The notes: generated by a model from the letters alone, not told the origin. DNA of 64,000 nt from an uncultured Collinsella sp. (GCA_965147105.1 CBCTIZ010000012.1:52-64051); one strand, 5' to 3'. Counted from the stretch's first letter, positions 17,783-27,789 are shown. Numbers and translations: made by a program.

Positions 17783-18946
17783 ATGCGTTACGACTTCGAT
17801 CGCGTCATCGACAGAATGGGTACCTACAGCACCCAATGGGACTATGCGGCCGACCGGTTTGGCAGCGCAGACGTGCTTCCCTTTTCCATCTCGGACACCG
17901 ACTTCGCCGTGCCCGGCGAGGTCATGGATGCCCTCCGCGCCCGCATGGAACACCCCATCTTTGGCTATACCCGCTGGAACCATAGTGACTACAAGGGTAG
18001 TGTTGCCGGCTGGTTTGCCAGGGACGGGGCGTCCCACGTGGACATGGACTGGGTAGTGTACAGCCCGAGCGTCATCTTCTCGGCCGCGACGGTCATTCGT
18101 CTGGTGAGCGAGCCGAATGACGCCGTGGTGACGCTCACTCCCATGTACGACGCCTTCTACGGCCTGATTGAGGGCAACGGGCGCGAGCTTGTGGCCGTTG
18201 CTCAGGCGAGCGCCATGGACGGCTACGGCCTCGATTGGGATGCCCTTGAGGTGGCGCTTGCCCGCCCCGAGGCAAAGGTTATGCTGCTCACCAACCCGCA
18301 TAACCCCACAGGCAAGGTCTTCACGGCAGGCGAGCTTGCTCGTATTGTGGAGCTCTGCCATGCCAACGGGGTCTTTCTCATTTCGGATGACATCCATCGC
18401 GATATGATTCTGGGCGAAACTCCCTACACACCCGTGACGAACATCACGCGCGAGGGCGTGGCGCTGCTGTGTTCGGCCTCCAAGACGTTCAACACGCCCG
18501 GGCTCATCGGGTCCTATGCGCTCATCCCCGACGATGACCTGCGCGAACGCTTCCTGTTTGAGCTCAAGCAAAAAAACGCCCTGTCGAGCGTGAGTATCTT
18601 GGGGATGACTGCCCAGATGGCGGCGTATCGCTCGTGCTCCGAGTATGTGGACGAGCTTGTGGCCTATATTCGCGGCAACATGCAGGCGCTCAAGGATTTC
18701 CTTGCCGCCAATCTGCCCGAGATCCGCTTTGCGGTGCCGCAGGGGACCTATCTTGCCTGGATGGATGCCTCGGGCCTGGGGTTGGATGCGGCCGAGCTCC
18801 AGCGCCGGCTCGTTGAGGTGGGCCATGTGGGCATCATGTCGGGCGAGACGTACGGCGGTGCTGGGTACCTGCGCATGAATCTCGCCTGTTCGCGCTTGAA
18901 GGTCGAAAGGGGGATGGAGCGGATGCTCGCCGGCATCCGCTCGTAG
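17783..18946 (+). CDS. MalY/PatB-family PLP-dependent C-S beta-lyase
   Basis: N-terminus MRYDFDRVIDRMGTYSTQWDY is typical of MalY/PatB. PLP-lysine motif SASKTFNTPG. Confidence 0.8.
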   Translation: MRYDFDRVIDRMGTYSTQWDYAADRFGSADVLPFSISDTDFAVPGEVMDALRARMEHPIFGYTRWNHSDYKGSVAGWFARDGASHVDMDWVVYSPSVIFSAATVIRLVSEPNDAVVTLTPMYDAFYGLIEGNGRELVAVAQASAMDGYGLDWDALEVALARPEAKVMLLTNPHNPTGKVFTAGELARIVELCHANGVFLISDDIHRDMILGETPYTPVTNITREGVALLCSASKTFNTPGLIGSYALIPDDDLRERFLFELKQKNALSSVSILGMTAQMAAYRSCSEYVDELVAYIRGNMQALKDFLAANLPEIRFAVPQGTYLAWMDASGLGLDAAELQRRLVEVGHVGIMSGETYGGAGYLRMNLACSRLKVERGMERMLAGIRS

Positions 18947-18950
18947 CGGC

Positions 18951-20711
18951 ATGATCAGCAAGAGACAGAGACAGCTCCTGCGGGCGCTCGACGACGGTCC
19001 ACGCTCCGGCGCCGAGCTCGCCGAGGCACTCGGCGTCTCCCGCCGTACCGTGGTGCGCGAAGTGGCGAGCGTGAGCGCGTGGCTCGAGTCCGTGGGTGCC
19101 GGCACCATCTCGAGCGATCCCAACTACCATCTGGTGGTCACGTCCGAGGACGCAATCGCCTCCGTCCTGTCGCAGGACCTCACCGATGAGGCGCGTGTCC
19201 TCATGTGCGTGCTCTCCCGGCCGGGGATCTCGACGGTGCAGGTTTCGGGGGAGACTTATCTCTCGGTCCGCTCCGTGCGTGCAGCGATGGATGAGATCAA
19301 CGTTCGGCTGCGCGGAGTCGTTGCGCTCGAGGCACGTGTGGGCTACGGGATCGATGCAGACTTTAGCGGCATGGGGCCGGCGGATCTCTTGGCGGCGCTC
19401 GCCATCGACAATACTGGTATTGCCGCCGAGCTCGAGCGCTCGTGCGGCTGGGACACCCTGATGCGCCTGATCGGCGAGCGGGGCGAGGAATATCGCCTAC
19501 TCATGGAGCCGTATCTATCACAGCGCCAGCTGAGGATGCAGACGCTTGCTGCCGTCTGGTGCAGCGCGTGGCTCGTGCCCGATGCCCCGGGTGGGGCAGA
19601 TGCCGGCGCGCGTGCCGTCACCGAGTTCCAGCAGCGCAAGAAGGACCTGCTCTACCGCCTGGTCACGTGCCGTGCGGCCATCCTGGCGCGCATCGGCGAG
19701 GTGCTCGCCTCGCACGGCATCAAGTCGACGCGCGAGGACCTCGGTAGTCTTATCTTCGACCATGTACTGCGCTGCGCTCTCTTTCCCACGCTCATGTCGG
19801 TGGAGATCCAAAAGCAGATGCGCGGGATCCGTATGGAGCATCCGTTCGAGTTCGATTTCGGCGCCGACCTCTCCGAGTGCCTGCGCGCGTTCGACGAGCG
19901 CCTGTTTGTAGAGCCCGACTTCCTCTCGCTCTACGTGCTGGCCTCGCTGGAGCACTTCACGCGCAGCCCCGTGAGTCTGCTTTTGGTTTGCGGGCGACCC
20001 TCCGTGGCGACTATCAACAAATCCCTGATCGAGCGCGGCACCGACGGCGTTGAGGTCGAGCTCGTGGACAGCGAGCCGCTCGCCCGGCGCGCGCTCAAAG
20101 ATGGGTCGTTCGACCTGGTGGTGGGCGACGCCGCGGCAGTGCGAAACTTTAAGGCCGCACGTGAATGGGACCTCTCGTTTTCGGGCGTGCTCTCGGCCTA
20201 CGAGGTCGACCGCATCCGCCAGATGGCGCTGCGTGTGCTCTACGAGCGCGATATCGCGAGCCTGCTGCCGCGCGCGAGCTATCTTGAGCTGCATGTTGGG
20301 GCCGGCGACTACCTCGATGAGCTATCGCGCGCCCTCGGCGGGCTGGTGGCAGCGCATGCGATCTCGGCAGATGAGGCGGACCTCATCATGGATCGCGAGC
20401 GTCAGGGCGACCGTCTGCAGCTGGGACATGTCGCGTTCCCGCATACCATCACGCCGGTCGCGGCCTCGACGTTTCGTCTGCTCGCCATCATGCCCGACGC
20501 GCCCCTGTGCGACGGCGACGAGCAGATCGACCTGGTGGTGGTGACGCTTGCGAGTCAGCGTCTGGCCGACAAGAGCAGCATGTTCAACTATCTGTTCTCC
20601 GTGCTGCACGATGCCGAGCGCGCCCACGTGCGCCTGCCGCGCACCTATGAGGAGACCGTCGCGTTCTTAGGGCGCGACTTTGGCTATGCCGAGGAGAAGA
20701 GCGATGAGTGA
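18951..20711 (+). CDS. PRD-containing, PTS-controlled transcriptional regulator (MtlR/LicR-like)
   Basis: N-terminal winged HTH (SGAELAEALGVSRRTVVREV). EIIB-like segment with LLVCGRPS. C-terminal EIIA-like segment with GHVAFPHT. Starts 5 nt after the lyase stop. Confidence 0.65.
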   Translation: MISKRQRQLLRALDDGPRSGAELAEALGVSRRTVVREVASVSAWLESVGAGTISSDPNYHLVVTSEDAIASVLSQDLTDEARVLMCVLSRPGISTVQVSGETYLSVRSVRAAMDEINVRLRGVVALEARVGYGIDADFSGMGPADLLAALAIDNTGIAAELERSCGWDTLMRLIGERGEEYRLLMEPYLSQRQLRMQTLAAVWCSAWLVPDAPGGADAGARAVTEFQQRKKDLLYRLVTCRAAILARIGEVLASHGIKSTREDLGSLIFDHVLRCALFPTLMSVEIQKQMRGIRMEHPFEFDFGADLSECLRAFDERLFVEPDFLSLYVLASLEHFTRSPVSLLLVCGRPSVATINKSLIERGTDGVEVELVDSEPLARRALKDGSFDLVVGDAAAVRNFKAAREWDLSFSGVLSAYEVDRIRQMALRVLYERDIASLLPRASYLELHVGAGDYLDELSRALGGLVAAHAISADEADLIMDRERQGDRLQLGHVAFPHTITPVAASTFRLLAIMPDAPLCDGDEQIDLVVVTLASQRLADKSSMFNYLFSVLHDAERAHVRLPRTYEETVAFLGRDFGYAEEKSDE

Positions 20712-22221
20712 TGAGGCGATGGAGGCGCGCGGGGTGTTTGCGGCCGCATGTGGCGTGGCGGGCGCTGCTGGATCGACAACGGGGACCGAGCTGACGCCGG
20801 CTGCCGAGATTCGCGCCTATGTGGACAAGGTCTGGCCGAGCTTTCTTGATGATCTTGAGGCGCTCGTGGTCGTGCCGAGCGTGGTCGACGAGTCGCGCGC
20901 CGTGGCGGGCGCCCCGTGGGGTCTGGAATGTCATCGGGCGCTTTGCGTTGCGATGGATGTGGCGCGCCGCCAGGGGCTTTCGATCGTTGACTGCGACGGG
21001 TACGTCGCGTATGGCGAGCTTGCCGGTGAGACGCCCGAACAGGTGGCAACGATTGCCCATGTGGACGTGGTTCCAGCGGGTGAGGGCTGGACGGTCGAAC
21101 CCTATGCTTTAACGCGTCGCGAGGGCGTGCTTATGGGCCGCGGCGTGCTCGATGACAAGGGCGCGGCGCTGGCCTCGATCTATGCTGCTGGTTTTTTGGC
21201 GCGCCGCGTGCGCAACGGCTGGAAGCCGCAGCGGACGCTCCGCTGCATCTTGGGCGCCTCGGAGGAGGCGGGCATGATGGACGTGCGTCGCTACCTAACG
21301 GATCACGAACCGCCGGCATTTTTGTTCACACCCGATGCCGAGTTTGCCGTCTGCTGCGGGGAGAAGGGCTGCGTCAACGCCGAGGTCTCTCGCGCGGTCG
21401 ACAGCGCCGGGGCGATCATCGAGCTTACGGGCGGCGTGGCGAGAAACGCGGTGCCCGCGCGTGCCGAAGCGCTCGTGTGCATGGACGCCTGCGTGGATGG
21501 GTTACCCCGCGCCGAGGGGATCGATGTGGAGCCCGCCGGCGACGGCACTGCCCGCATTGTGGCCCACGGCGTCGCCGGGCATGCCGCCGAACCGGCGGGT
21601 ACGGTGAACGCCATCGGCGTGTTGGCGGCCTATCTGGCCGCATGCGGTGTCTGCAGCGCGGCCGAGCGCGAGTTCCTCGGCTTTTGCAAGCGGGCCCTTG
21701 GTGTATGGGACGGCTCCGGCTTGGGAATCGATGTCGCAGACGAGCTGTTCGGCGGCCTCACGTGTATCGGCGGAACTATACGCACCCAGGCGGGGAGCTT
21801 TGTGCTCACGCTCGATGCGCGCCTTCCGGGTGCGGCCGATGTCGGGCAGGTGGGCCGTCGCATCGAGGACGTTGCGCGCGAGTGCGGCTGCGAGGCGCGC
21901 ATCACCCATGTGCGGGAGCCGTTCACCATGGACCCCCAAGCGTCCGAGGTCATGGCGCTCCGTCGTGCCTACGAGGAGTTCGCGGGCCGGCCCGCGGTGC
22001 CGTTTGCTATCGGCGGGGGCACGTATGCGCATCACTTTCCGCGTGCCGTGGGGTTCGGTCCGCTCGACCGCGCTGAGCCGCTGCCCGATTGGGTCGGCCC
22101 CGAGCACGGCCCCGACGAGGGTATCTGGGAGCGCCAGCTCAAGCGCGCCCTCGCCATCTACATCCGTAGCCTCGAATCCCTCCTCAACCCTAAAGTGAGG
22201 ATAGACCCAAAATTGGGGTAA
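20704..22221 (+). CDS. M20-family dipeptidase (PepV/Sapep-like)
   Basis: Metal-binding motifs HVDVVPAGEGW and GRGVLDDKG. ATG 20704 overlaps the regulator stop (ATGAGTGA). Confidence 0.75.
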   Translation: MSDEAMEARGVFAAACGVAGAAGSTTGTELTPAAEIRAYVDKVWPSFLDDLEALVVVPSVVDESRAVAGAPWGLECHRALCVAMDVARRQGLSIVDCDGYVAYGELAGETPEQVATIAHVDVVPAGEGWTVEPYALTRREGVLMGRGVLDDKGAALASIYAAGFLARRVRNGWKPQRTLRCILGASEEAGMMDVRRYLTDHEPPAFLFTPDAEFAVCCGEKGCVNAEVSRAVDSAGAIIELTGGVARNAVPARAEALVCMDACVDGLPRAEGIDVEPAGDGTARIVAHGVAGHAAEPAGTVNAIGVLAAYLAACGVCSAAEREFLGFCKRALGVWDGSGLGIDVADELFGGLTCIGGTIRTQAGSFVLTLDARLPGAADVGQVGRRIEDVARECGCEARITHVREPFTMDPQASEVMALRRAYEEFAGRPAVPFAIGGGTYAHHFPRAVGFGPLDRAEPLPDWVGPEHGPDEGIWERQLKRALAIYIRSLESLLNPKVRIDPKLG

Positions 22222-22274
22222 TGGTGTCGCATGGGTAGCATAGTCCCAATTTGGCGGTAGTCTCCATTTTGGGA

Positions 22275-23258
22275 TTAGTCGCCGTTGGTCTGGTTGCGGC
22301 CGGTGGCGTAGTCGATCTGCACATGCGGCTGCAGGTTGTAGCAGTACACGTGGAAGCAGAGGGTCTTGCCGTGGTCCTCGATCGATTGCGCCTCAAGGCG
22401 CACGCCACGGCAGACAAGTTCCTCTTCGTTATACATGGGCGTGACGCGGTAGAGCACATGGTTGCCCGTATCGCGAATATAGTTGAGAATCTGCTCCTCA
22501 AACGGCAGCATGCCCGTTTCGTTGAGATAGCGCGTGCCGGTGAGGAGATTTTTGCGGTTGGCGTTTTCGCCGCAGAGCGACCAGGCGATAAGGTGGCAGC
22601 GGTTGTAGAGGCTCTGGCCCGGAATAAAGTCGTAGCGCTGCTGGTGCCAACCGGCAGGATGGATACGCGAGATATCGCCGCGCTCGCCTTGACCGAGTGA
22701 TTCGGGGCCCACGCAGGCGAGTGCTTTGCGGGTGCGGCCCAGGCTGTCGAGCTTGGAGAACTTCTTAAAGCAGCTCTCTTCTGTAGCGCGCTCGTATTCA
22801 TCGAGCGTGAATGATGGTGTGCCGAGCGGGTGCGTGCTGTCGGCGCGAAGGGCAACGTAGGGGTTGCCGGCGTAGTCGGGAATGCTGCTGAGATAAACAC
22901 CGCGGGCGCGGTTGAGGTCGGGGTTTTCGACCTCGTCGATGGGGGTGACGGCACTGTCCGCGGAAACGTCGTCATCGGTGTCGGTTGCGGCGGAATCGGA
23001 GCCATCGCCAGAGTCCTGGCCGTTTTGAGGGTCCGGGGAGCTCGCCGTTCCCGATTCGAGCCGGGCAACCAGGTCTGCCTCGTCGTCGGTGCGGCTGGGG
23101 CTCTCGTTTTGTTTTTCGGCCAGAGCCGCCGCTTGCTCATCGCTTTGCGGCGACAGCAGCTTGGGCGCCCCGTCAAGCGATCCCGTAAACAGCGCAAACC
23201 CTAGCACCACGGTGGTGCCGATGGAAAGTATTTGCTTGTAGGCGGGCTTGCGCGACAT
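22275..23258 (-). CDS. Membrane-anchored DNA/RNA non-specific endonuclease (Endonuclease_NS_2 / EndA-like)
   Basis: N-terminal signal anchor, an acidic Ser/Asp-rich linker, and a C-terminal nuclease core with NRCHLIAWSLCGENANRKNLLTGTRYLN. Confidence 0.7.
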   Translation of the reverse strand: MSRKPAYKQILSIGTTVVLGFALFTGSLDGAPKLLSPQSDEQAAALAEKQNESPSRTDDEADLVARLESGTASSPDPQNGQDSGDGSDSAATDTDDDVSADSAVTPIDEVENPDLNRARGVYLSSIPDYAGNPYVALRADSTHPLGTPSFTLDEYERATEESCFKKFSKLDSLGRTRKALACVGPESLGQGERGDISRIHPAGWHQQRYDFIPGQSLYNRCHLIAWSLCGENANRKNLLTGTRYLNETGMLPFEEQILNYIRDTGNHVLYRVTPMYNEEELVCRGVRLEAQSIEDHGKTLCFHVYCYNLQPHVQIDYATGRNQTNGD

Positions 23259-23377
23259 TGAGGCTCCTGGATGGACGGTTGGGAATCTACCAGTCTAGCA
23301 GGAGCCGGCAAGGGCCGTTCTGTCGAACAAATACTTAAGATTTGAGATAAACGCTACTGATTCATTTGTCCCGCGGT

Positions 23378-24424
23378 CTAGATCGAGGTGGAGTCGAGCC
23401 AGTTGAGCTTGCACTCGAGAATGCGCTGCTCGCCGGGTTCGCTGCTTCCGTCAAGTAGGGCGAGCAGCATCTCGGCTGCTTCGCGACCTTCTTGGTCGAC
23501 GGGCTCGATGATGGTGGAGACGGTCGGTGCGGTGAGATTAGTCCAGTCTTCGCAGTTGAGTCCCAAAAGGCCGATTTGCTGCGGAAGCAGATGGGCCATT
23601 GGCTGGAGGGCCTTGTAGACACGGGGAAGTGCCCACTGATTTTGCACGAAGATAAGGGTTCGCTTGGCGGGATTGAACTTGAATTTAAAGTATTCGGTGA
23701 GCTCGTTGATTGACGGCTTGTTGTGATCGATGGGAATCGCTTTGTAGAGCTGCCCGTTCGCTGCCAGCGCCTCGGCATACCCCTGAAAACGCTCCATGCG
23801 GGTGCGCATTTCGGTCATGTTGGCGGCAATGGAAAAGAAATCTTCGTAGCCGGCGTCGAGGAGTGCCTGTGTGGCGTTGTACACGCCGTCGTAAAGGTTG
23901 GTTTTGATCCAGCTGGTACCTGGGCTATAGATGGCCGCATCGAAAAAGACGACCGGCTTGCCGGCGCGTCTAATGCGGTCATGCACGGCTTTGAAGTTTG
24001 CCGTGGGCTGGATGATAAAGCCATCGACGCCCAGCGAGAGCATCTTGTCGACGTACATGAGCTCGGTCTCGGGGTTAAAGTTGCTCGTGCAAACGACCGT
24101 CTGGTAGCCCGCGGGGAGCATGACCTGCTCCATGCCATTGAGAACGAGCCCCGCCCATTTGTTGGTGTTATCCAAAATGATGATGGCAATGACGTGGGTT
24201 TGCTTGCCGGTGAGCGTCTGCGCTTGGGCGTTGGGAACGTATCCGAGTTCCTTAATGACGCGCGCGATTTTGTTCTGCGTCTTCTCGCTAAGCTTTTCTC
24301 GTTTGTCGTTGAGGTAATACGAGACGCTTGCCGTCGAGGTTCCCGCCTCTCGAGCGACGTCTGCGATCGTAACGCGCTGTTTTGCCACAGCGACTCCTTC
24401 CGACAGATGAGCATTTTCCAACAT
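23378..24424 (-). CDS. LacI-family transcriptional regulator
   Basis: N-terminal HTH VTIADVAREAGTSTASVSYYLN plus a periplasmic-binding-protein-like sugar domain. The exact start is uncertain (ATG 24424 or a slightly downstream codon). Confidence 0.85.
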   Translation of the reverse strand: MLENAHLSEGVAVAKQRVTIADVAREAGTSTASVSYYLNDKREKLSEKTQNKIARVIKELGYVPNAQAQTLTGKQTHVIAIIILDNTNKWAGLVLNGMEQVMLPAGYQTVVCTSNFNPETELMYVDKMLSLGVDGFIIQPTANFKAVHDRIRRAGKPVVFFDAAIYSPGTSWIKTNLYDGVYNATQALLDAGYEDFFSIAANMTEMRTRMERFQGYAEALAANGQLYKAIPIDHNKPSINELTEYFKFKFNPAKRTLIFVQNQWALPRVYKALQPMAHLLPQQIGLLGLNCEDWTNLTAPTVSTIIEPVDQEGREAAEMLLALLDGSSEPGEQRILECKLNWLDSTSI

Positions 24425-24803
24425 GATGACTTTGAGTCTTGGTGAAGGATACGCTTCGGTGAGCGGCTTTTTCCTTTCATATGAGTATGCAACAAATGCG
24501 GCATACGGGTGGGGTCGAAATTTGTGACCGGCATGCGCATCTGCCGTCTACCGAGAAAATCAAATACTTCTTGACTTTTGAAATCGAGGGCAAAATCGCA
24601 GGATTCATTTTTGGTTAAACGCATAACTAAATCGCATAACCAACGCTCTGACCTGCGCGTTTACCGAAATAAGCTGGCATTAAGAAAAACGAGCACCTAT
24701 ATTGTTCTTGTCGAAAAGACAGCAAGTCCAAACGGCAGGGGATGCTCCGGAGGCCTCCGCAAACGGTGTCTTGCGCACGCAACTCTATGAAAAGAGGGAA
24801 GCA

Positions 24804-26276
24804 ATGAAGATCGTAGGCGTTGCCGCCTGTACTGTGGGTATCGCCCACACGTATATGGCCCAGAAGGCGATTCAGGATGAATGCGCCGCCCGTGGCATCG
24901 AGTGCAAGGTCGAGGCTCAGGGTGGCCTGGGTATCGAGAATGAGCTCACGCAGGAAGACGTGGACTCCGCCGACCTGGTCCTGGAGTCCGTCGACGTGGG
25001 TGTCGAGAACGAGGACCGTTTTGAGCAGAAGATGGCCGAGGGCAAGTTCCTCAAGGTCGGTACTTCCGATGTGATCGCCGATCCGGTCAAGATCATCGAC
25101 CAGGCTGTTGAGATCATCAAGGCGACGGGCGGTACCGTTGACGCGCCCAAGGCCGAGGCCAAGGCAGAGAAGAAGGCCGTCTCCGCTGCCCCGCAGGCCC
25201 CGACACCGGCGTCCAAGCAGTCTATCTTTGCCGATCCGGGTAAGACGCTGCTCAATGCATTCAATACCGGCGTTTCCTATTTTATCCCCATCGTCGTTAT
25301 CGGCGGCGTGTTCCTCGCCTTCTCGCTGGCATCCGGTACCGCCGGCGCCAACGGCATGGAGGTTACGAACCCGCTGATGGTGAGTCTTAACACCATCGGC
25401 ATGGCCGGCATCTCCATGATGATCCCGGTGCTTGCGGCATACATCGCCTACTCGATGGCTGGCAAGCCCGCGCTCGCCCCCGGTTTTGTCCTGGGCTACC
25501 TGGTCAACAACGCAGTCGTTACCCCTAACGGCAACAGCGTTTCGACCGGCTTCTTGGGCGCCATGATCATGGCGGTCATCTGCGGCTACTTTGTCCGCTG
25601 GATGAAGACCTGGAAGGTCAACAACACCATCCAGACCATCATGCCCATCCTGATCATCCCGATTCTGACCTCGCTTGTCCTGGGCATGGCCTATATCTAC
25701 ATCCTGGCCACGCCGCTTGGCTTTGTGATGGACTGGCTCACCGGCGTGCTCGGCAGCCTGCAGGGCGGTTCCGCAGTTGTCCTGGGTCTGGTCATTGGCG
25801 TTATGACCGCCTTCGATATGGGCGGCCCCATCAACAAGACCGCCTCGACCTTCACCATGGCCATCATGGCCTCCGGCATCTATGGCCCCAACGGCATGTT
25901 CCGCGTCGCCGTCGCCATTCCCCCGATTGCCTGCGGCCTTGCTGCGCTCATCGCCAAGAACAAGTTCGATGACGCCGATCGCCAGATGGGTATCTCCGCA
26001 CTGTTCATGGGCTGCATCGGCATTACCGAGGGCGCTATCCCCTTCGCGGTCAAGGACCTTGGCCACACCCTGCCCGGCATCTGCATCGGCTCTGCCGTGG
26101 GCGCGGCGCTCGCCGCCTTCCAGGGTATCGACTGCTACGTCCCGCACGGTGGCTTTATCGTCGCCCTTGCCACCAACAACGTCGCGCTGTTCTGCCTGGA
26201 CATCGTGATTGGCGCCGTGGTCGCCGCTGCAATCCTGATTGCCATGAAGCCCACGCTCGACAAGCAGGCCAAGTAA
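24804..26276 (+). CDS. PTS EIIBC component, fructose family (second paralogue)
   Basis: EIIB-Fru motif VAACTVGIAHTYM, an Ala/Lys-rich linker, and an EIIC domain. Start at ATG 24804 (GAGGGAAG RBS). Confidence 0.85.
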   Translation: MKIVGVAACTVGIAHTYMAQKAIQDECAARGIECKVEAQGGLGIENELTQEDVDSADLVLESVDVGVENEDRFEQKMAEGKFLKVGTSDVIADPVKIIDQAVEIIKATGGTVDAPKAEAKAEKKAVSAAPQAPTPASKQSIFADPGKTLLNAFNTGVSYFIPIVVIGGVFLAFSLASGTAGANGMEVTNPLMVSLNTIGMAGISMMIPVLAAYIAYSMAGKPALAPGFVLGYLVNNAVVTPNGNSVSTGFLGAMIMAVICGYFVRWMKTWKVNNTIQTIMPILIIPILTSLVLGMAYIYILATPLGFVMDWLTGVLGSLQGGSAVVLGLVIGVMTAFDMGGPINKTASTFTMAIMASGIYGPNGMFRVAVAIPPIACGLAALIAKNKFDDADRQMGISALFMGCIGITEGAIPFAVKDLGHTLPGICIGSAVGAALAAFQGIDCYVPHGGFIVALATNNVALFCLDIVIGAVVAAAILIAMKPTLDKQAK

Positions 26277-26420
26277 ACCTTTAAGGACTCCGGTTGTGCG
26301 GAGGGATGGATTTGACTCCGCACAACCGCCCCTACACAACAAAATCCATCCGTACTGATAGGGCCCACATCTGGGTCCCAGGGAACTTTTGTCAAAAATC
26401 CTCTGGAGAAGGAGAACAAA

Positions 26421-27695
26421 ATGTCCAACCTCACCATCCGTCAGGCCGTTCAGGGCATGCTCAAGCTGCAGGATAGCGGCGATCACGCAACCATGGTCGG
26501 CATTGGCCCCATGAGCCCCAACCTGATTCAGGCCGTGTTCGAGCTTGCCAAGGACGAGGATTTCCCGCCCATGTTTATCGCCAGCCGCAACCAGGTCGAT
26601 ATGGACGAGATGGGCGCCGGCTACGTCAACGGTTGGGACCAGACGCGCTTTGCCGCCGACATCAAGAAGGTCGCCGACGAGGTGGGTTACACCGGTCCGT
26701 ACTACCTGTGCCGAGATCACGGCGGTCCGTGGCAGCGCGACGAGGAGCGTAACGCCCACCTGCCCGAGGACGAGGCCATGGAGCTCGCCCGCAAGTCCTT
26801 CGTCGCCGACATGGAGGCAGGCTTTGACCTGCTGATGGTCGACCCCACCAAGGATCCCTATCAGATCGGCAAGGTTATTCCGCTCGACGTGGTGCTTCGC
26901 CGCACGATCGATCTTATCGACTACCTTGAGCAGTACCGTCGCGAGCATAACCTGCCCGAGGTCGCCTATGAGGTCGGTACCGAGGAGACCAATGGCGGCT
27001 TGACCTCTACCGATAAGTACGAGGAGTTCATTTCTCAGCTGCAGCCCGAGCTCGAGAAGCGCGGCTGCCCCATGCCCACCTTTATCGTCGGCCAGACCGG
27101 CACCCTTACCCGCTGGACGGAGCAGGTCGGTCACTACAACTTCAAGAACGCCCGCGAGCTTGCCGATATGGCCAAGCGCTATGGCGTGGGCCTGAAGGAG
27201 CACAACGCCGACTATCTGGACGACGCGACGCTGCTCGAGCACATTCCGGCACACGTGACCGCCTCCAACGTCGCTCCGCAGTATGGCACCGAGGAGACCC
27301 GCGCCTACCTCAAGCTCTGCGCCACCGAGCAGATCCTGGTCGACAACGGTCTGTGCGATGACCCCTCCGACCTGTATCACACCCTGCTGGTCAAGGCCAT
27401 CAAGACCGAGCGCTGGCGCAAGTGGATGACTGGCGACGACGTCAACCTGCAGGTCGATGACATCCTTGCCGACGATGAGCTCAGCCTGAAGATCCTGGAT
27501 GTCTCCGGCCACTATGCGTTCAACGATCCTGAGGTCAAAGAGCAGGTCGAGAAGCTCTATCGCAACCTCGCTGCCCAGGACATCGACGGCAAGCGCTTTG
27601 TGATCGAGCACATCAAGCGCCCGATCAAGCAGTACGTCGTCGGTCTTAACCTCAAGGGCGTCACGAGCCGCATCGAGAAGGCTCTCGAGGACTAA
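26421..27695 (+). CDS. GatZ/KbaZ-family protein (tagatose-bisphosphate aldolase accessory subunit / tagatose-6-phosphate 4-epimerase-like)
   Basis: 424 aa. N-terminal ...MVGIGPMSPNLIQAVFELAKDEDFPPMFIASRNQVD... matches the GatZ/KbaZ layout. Confidence 0.7.
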   Translation: MSNLTIRQAVQGMLKLQDSGDHATMVGIGPMSPNLIQAVFELAKDEDFPPMFIASRNQVDMDEMGAGYVNGWDQTRFAADIKKVADEVGYTGPYYLCRDHGGPWQRDEERNAHLPEDEAMELARKSFVADMEAGFDLLMVDPTKDPYQIGKVIPLDVVLRRTIDLIDYLEQYRREHNLPEVAYEVGTEETNGGLTSTDKYEEFISQLQPELEKRGCPMPTFIVGQTGTLTRWTEQVGHYNFKNARELADMAKRYGVGLKEHNADYLDDATLLEHIPAHVTASNVAPQYGTEETRAYLKLCATEQILVDNGLCDDPSDLYHTLLVKAIKTERWRKWMTGDDVNLQVDDILADDELSLKILDVSGHYAFNDPEVKEQVEKLYRNLAAQDIDGKRFVIEHIKRPIKQYVVGLNLKGVTSRIEKALED

Positions 27696-27752
27696 GTAGC
27701 TTTTCCTACACGACGCCGGGCCTGGGGCATGTCCCAGCCGCAGGCCCGGCAC

Positions 27753-27789
27753 ATAGGACAAAGGGACATCCCCTTTGTCCTATTTTTTG
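27753..27789 (+). terminator. Strong intrinsic terminator inside the PTS/ketose locus
   Basis: ATAGGACAAAGGG / CCCTTTGTCCTAT: a 13-bp perfect stem and 5-nt loop followed by TTTTT. It is preceded by a second 10-bp hairpin at 27715-27750. Confidence 0.75.

Noticed and set aside
22190-23197. 335-aa minus-strand ORF in another frame over the nuclease gene
   Set aside because: Its product is Pro/Arg/Thr/Ala-rich low-complexity sequence. The 22275-23258 frame carries the nuclease motif and a signal anchor.
24627-27761. 1044-aa minus-strand ORF
   Set aside because: It is antisense to the EIIBC and GatZ-like genes, has no recognisable motif, and shows the composition of a GC-driven open antisense frame.
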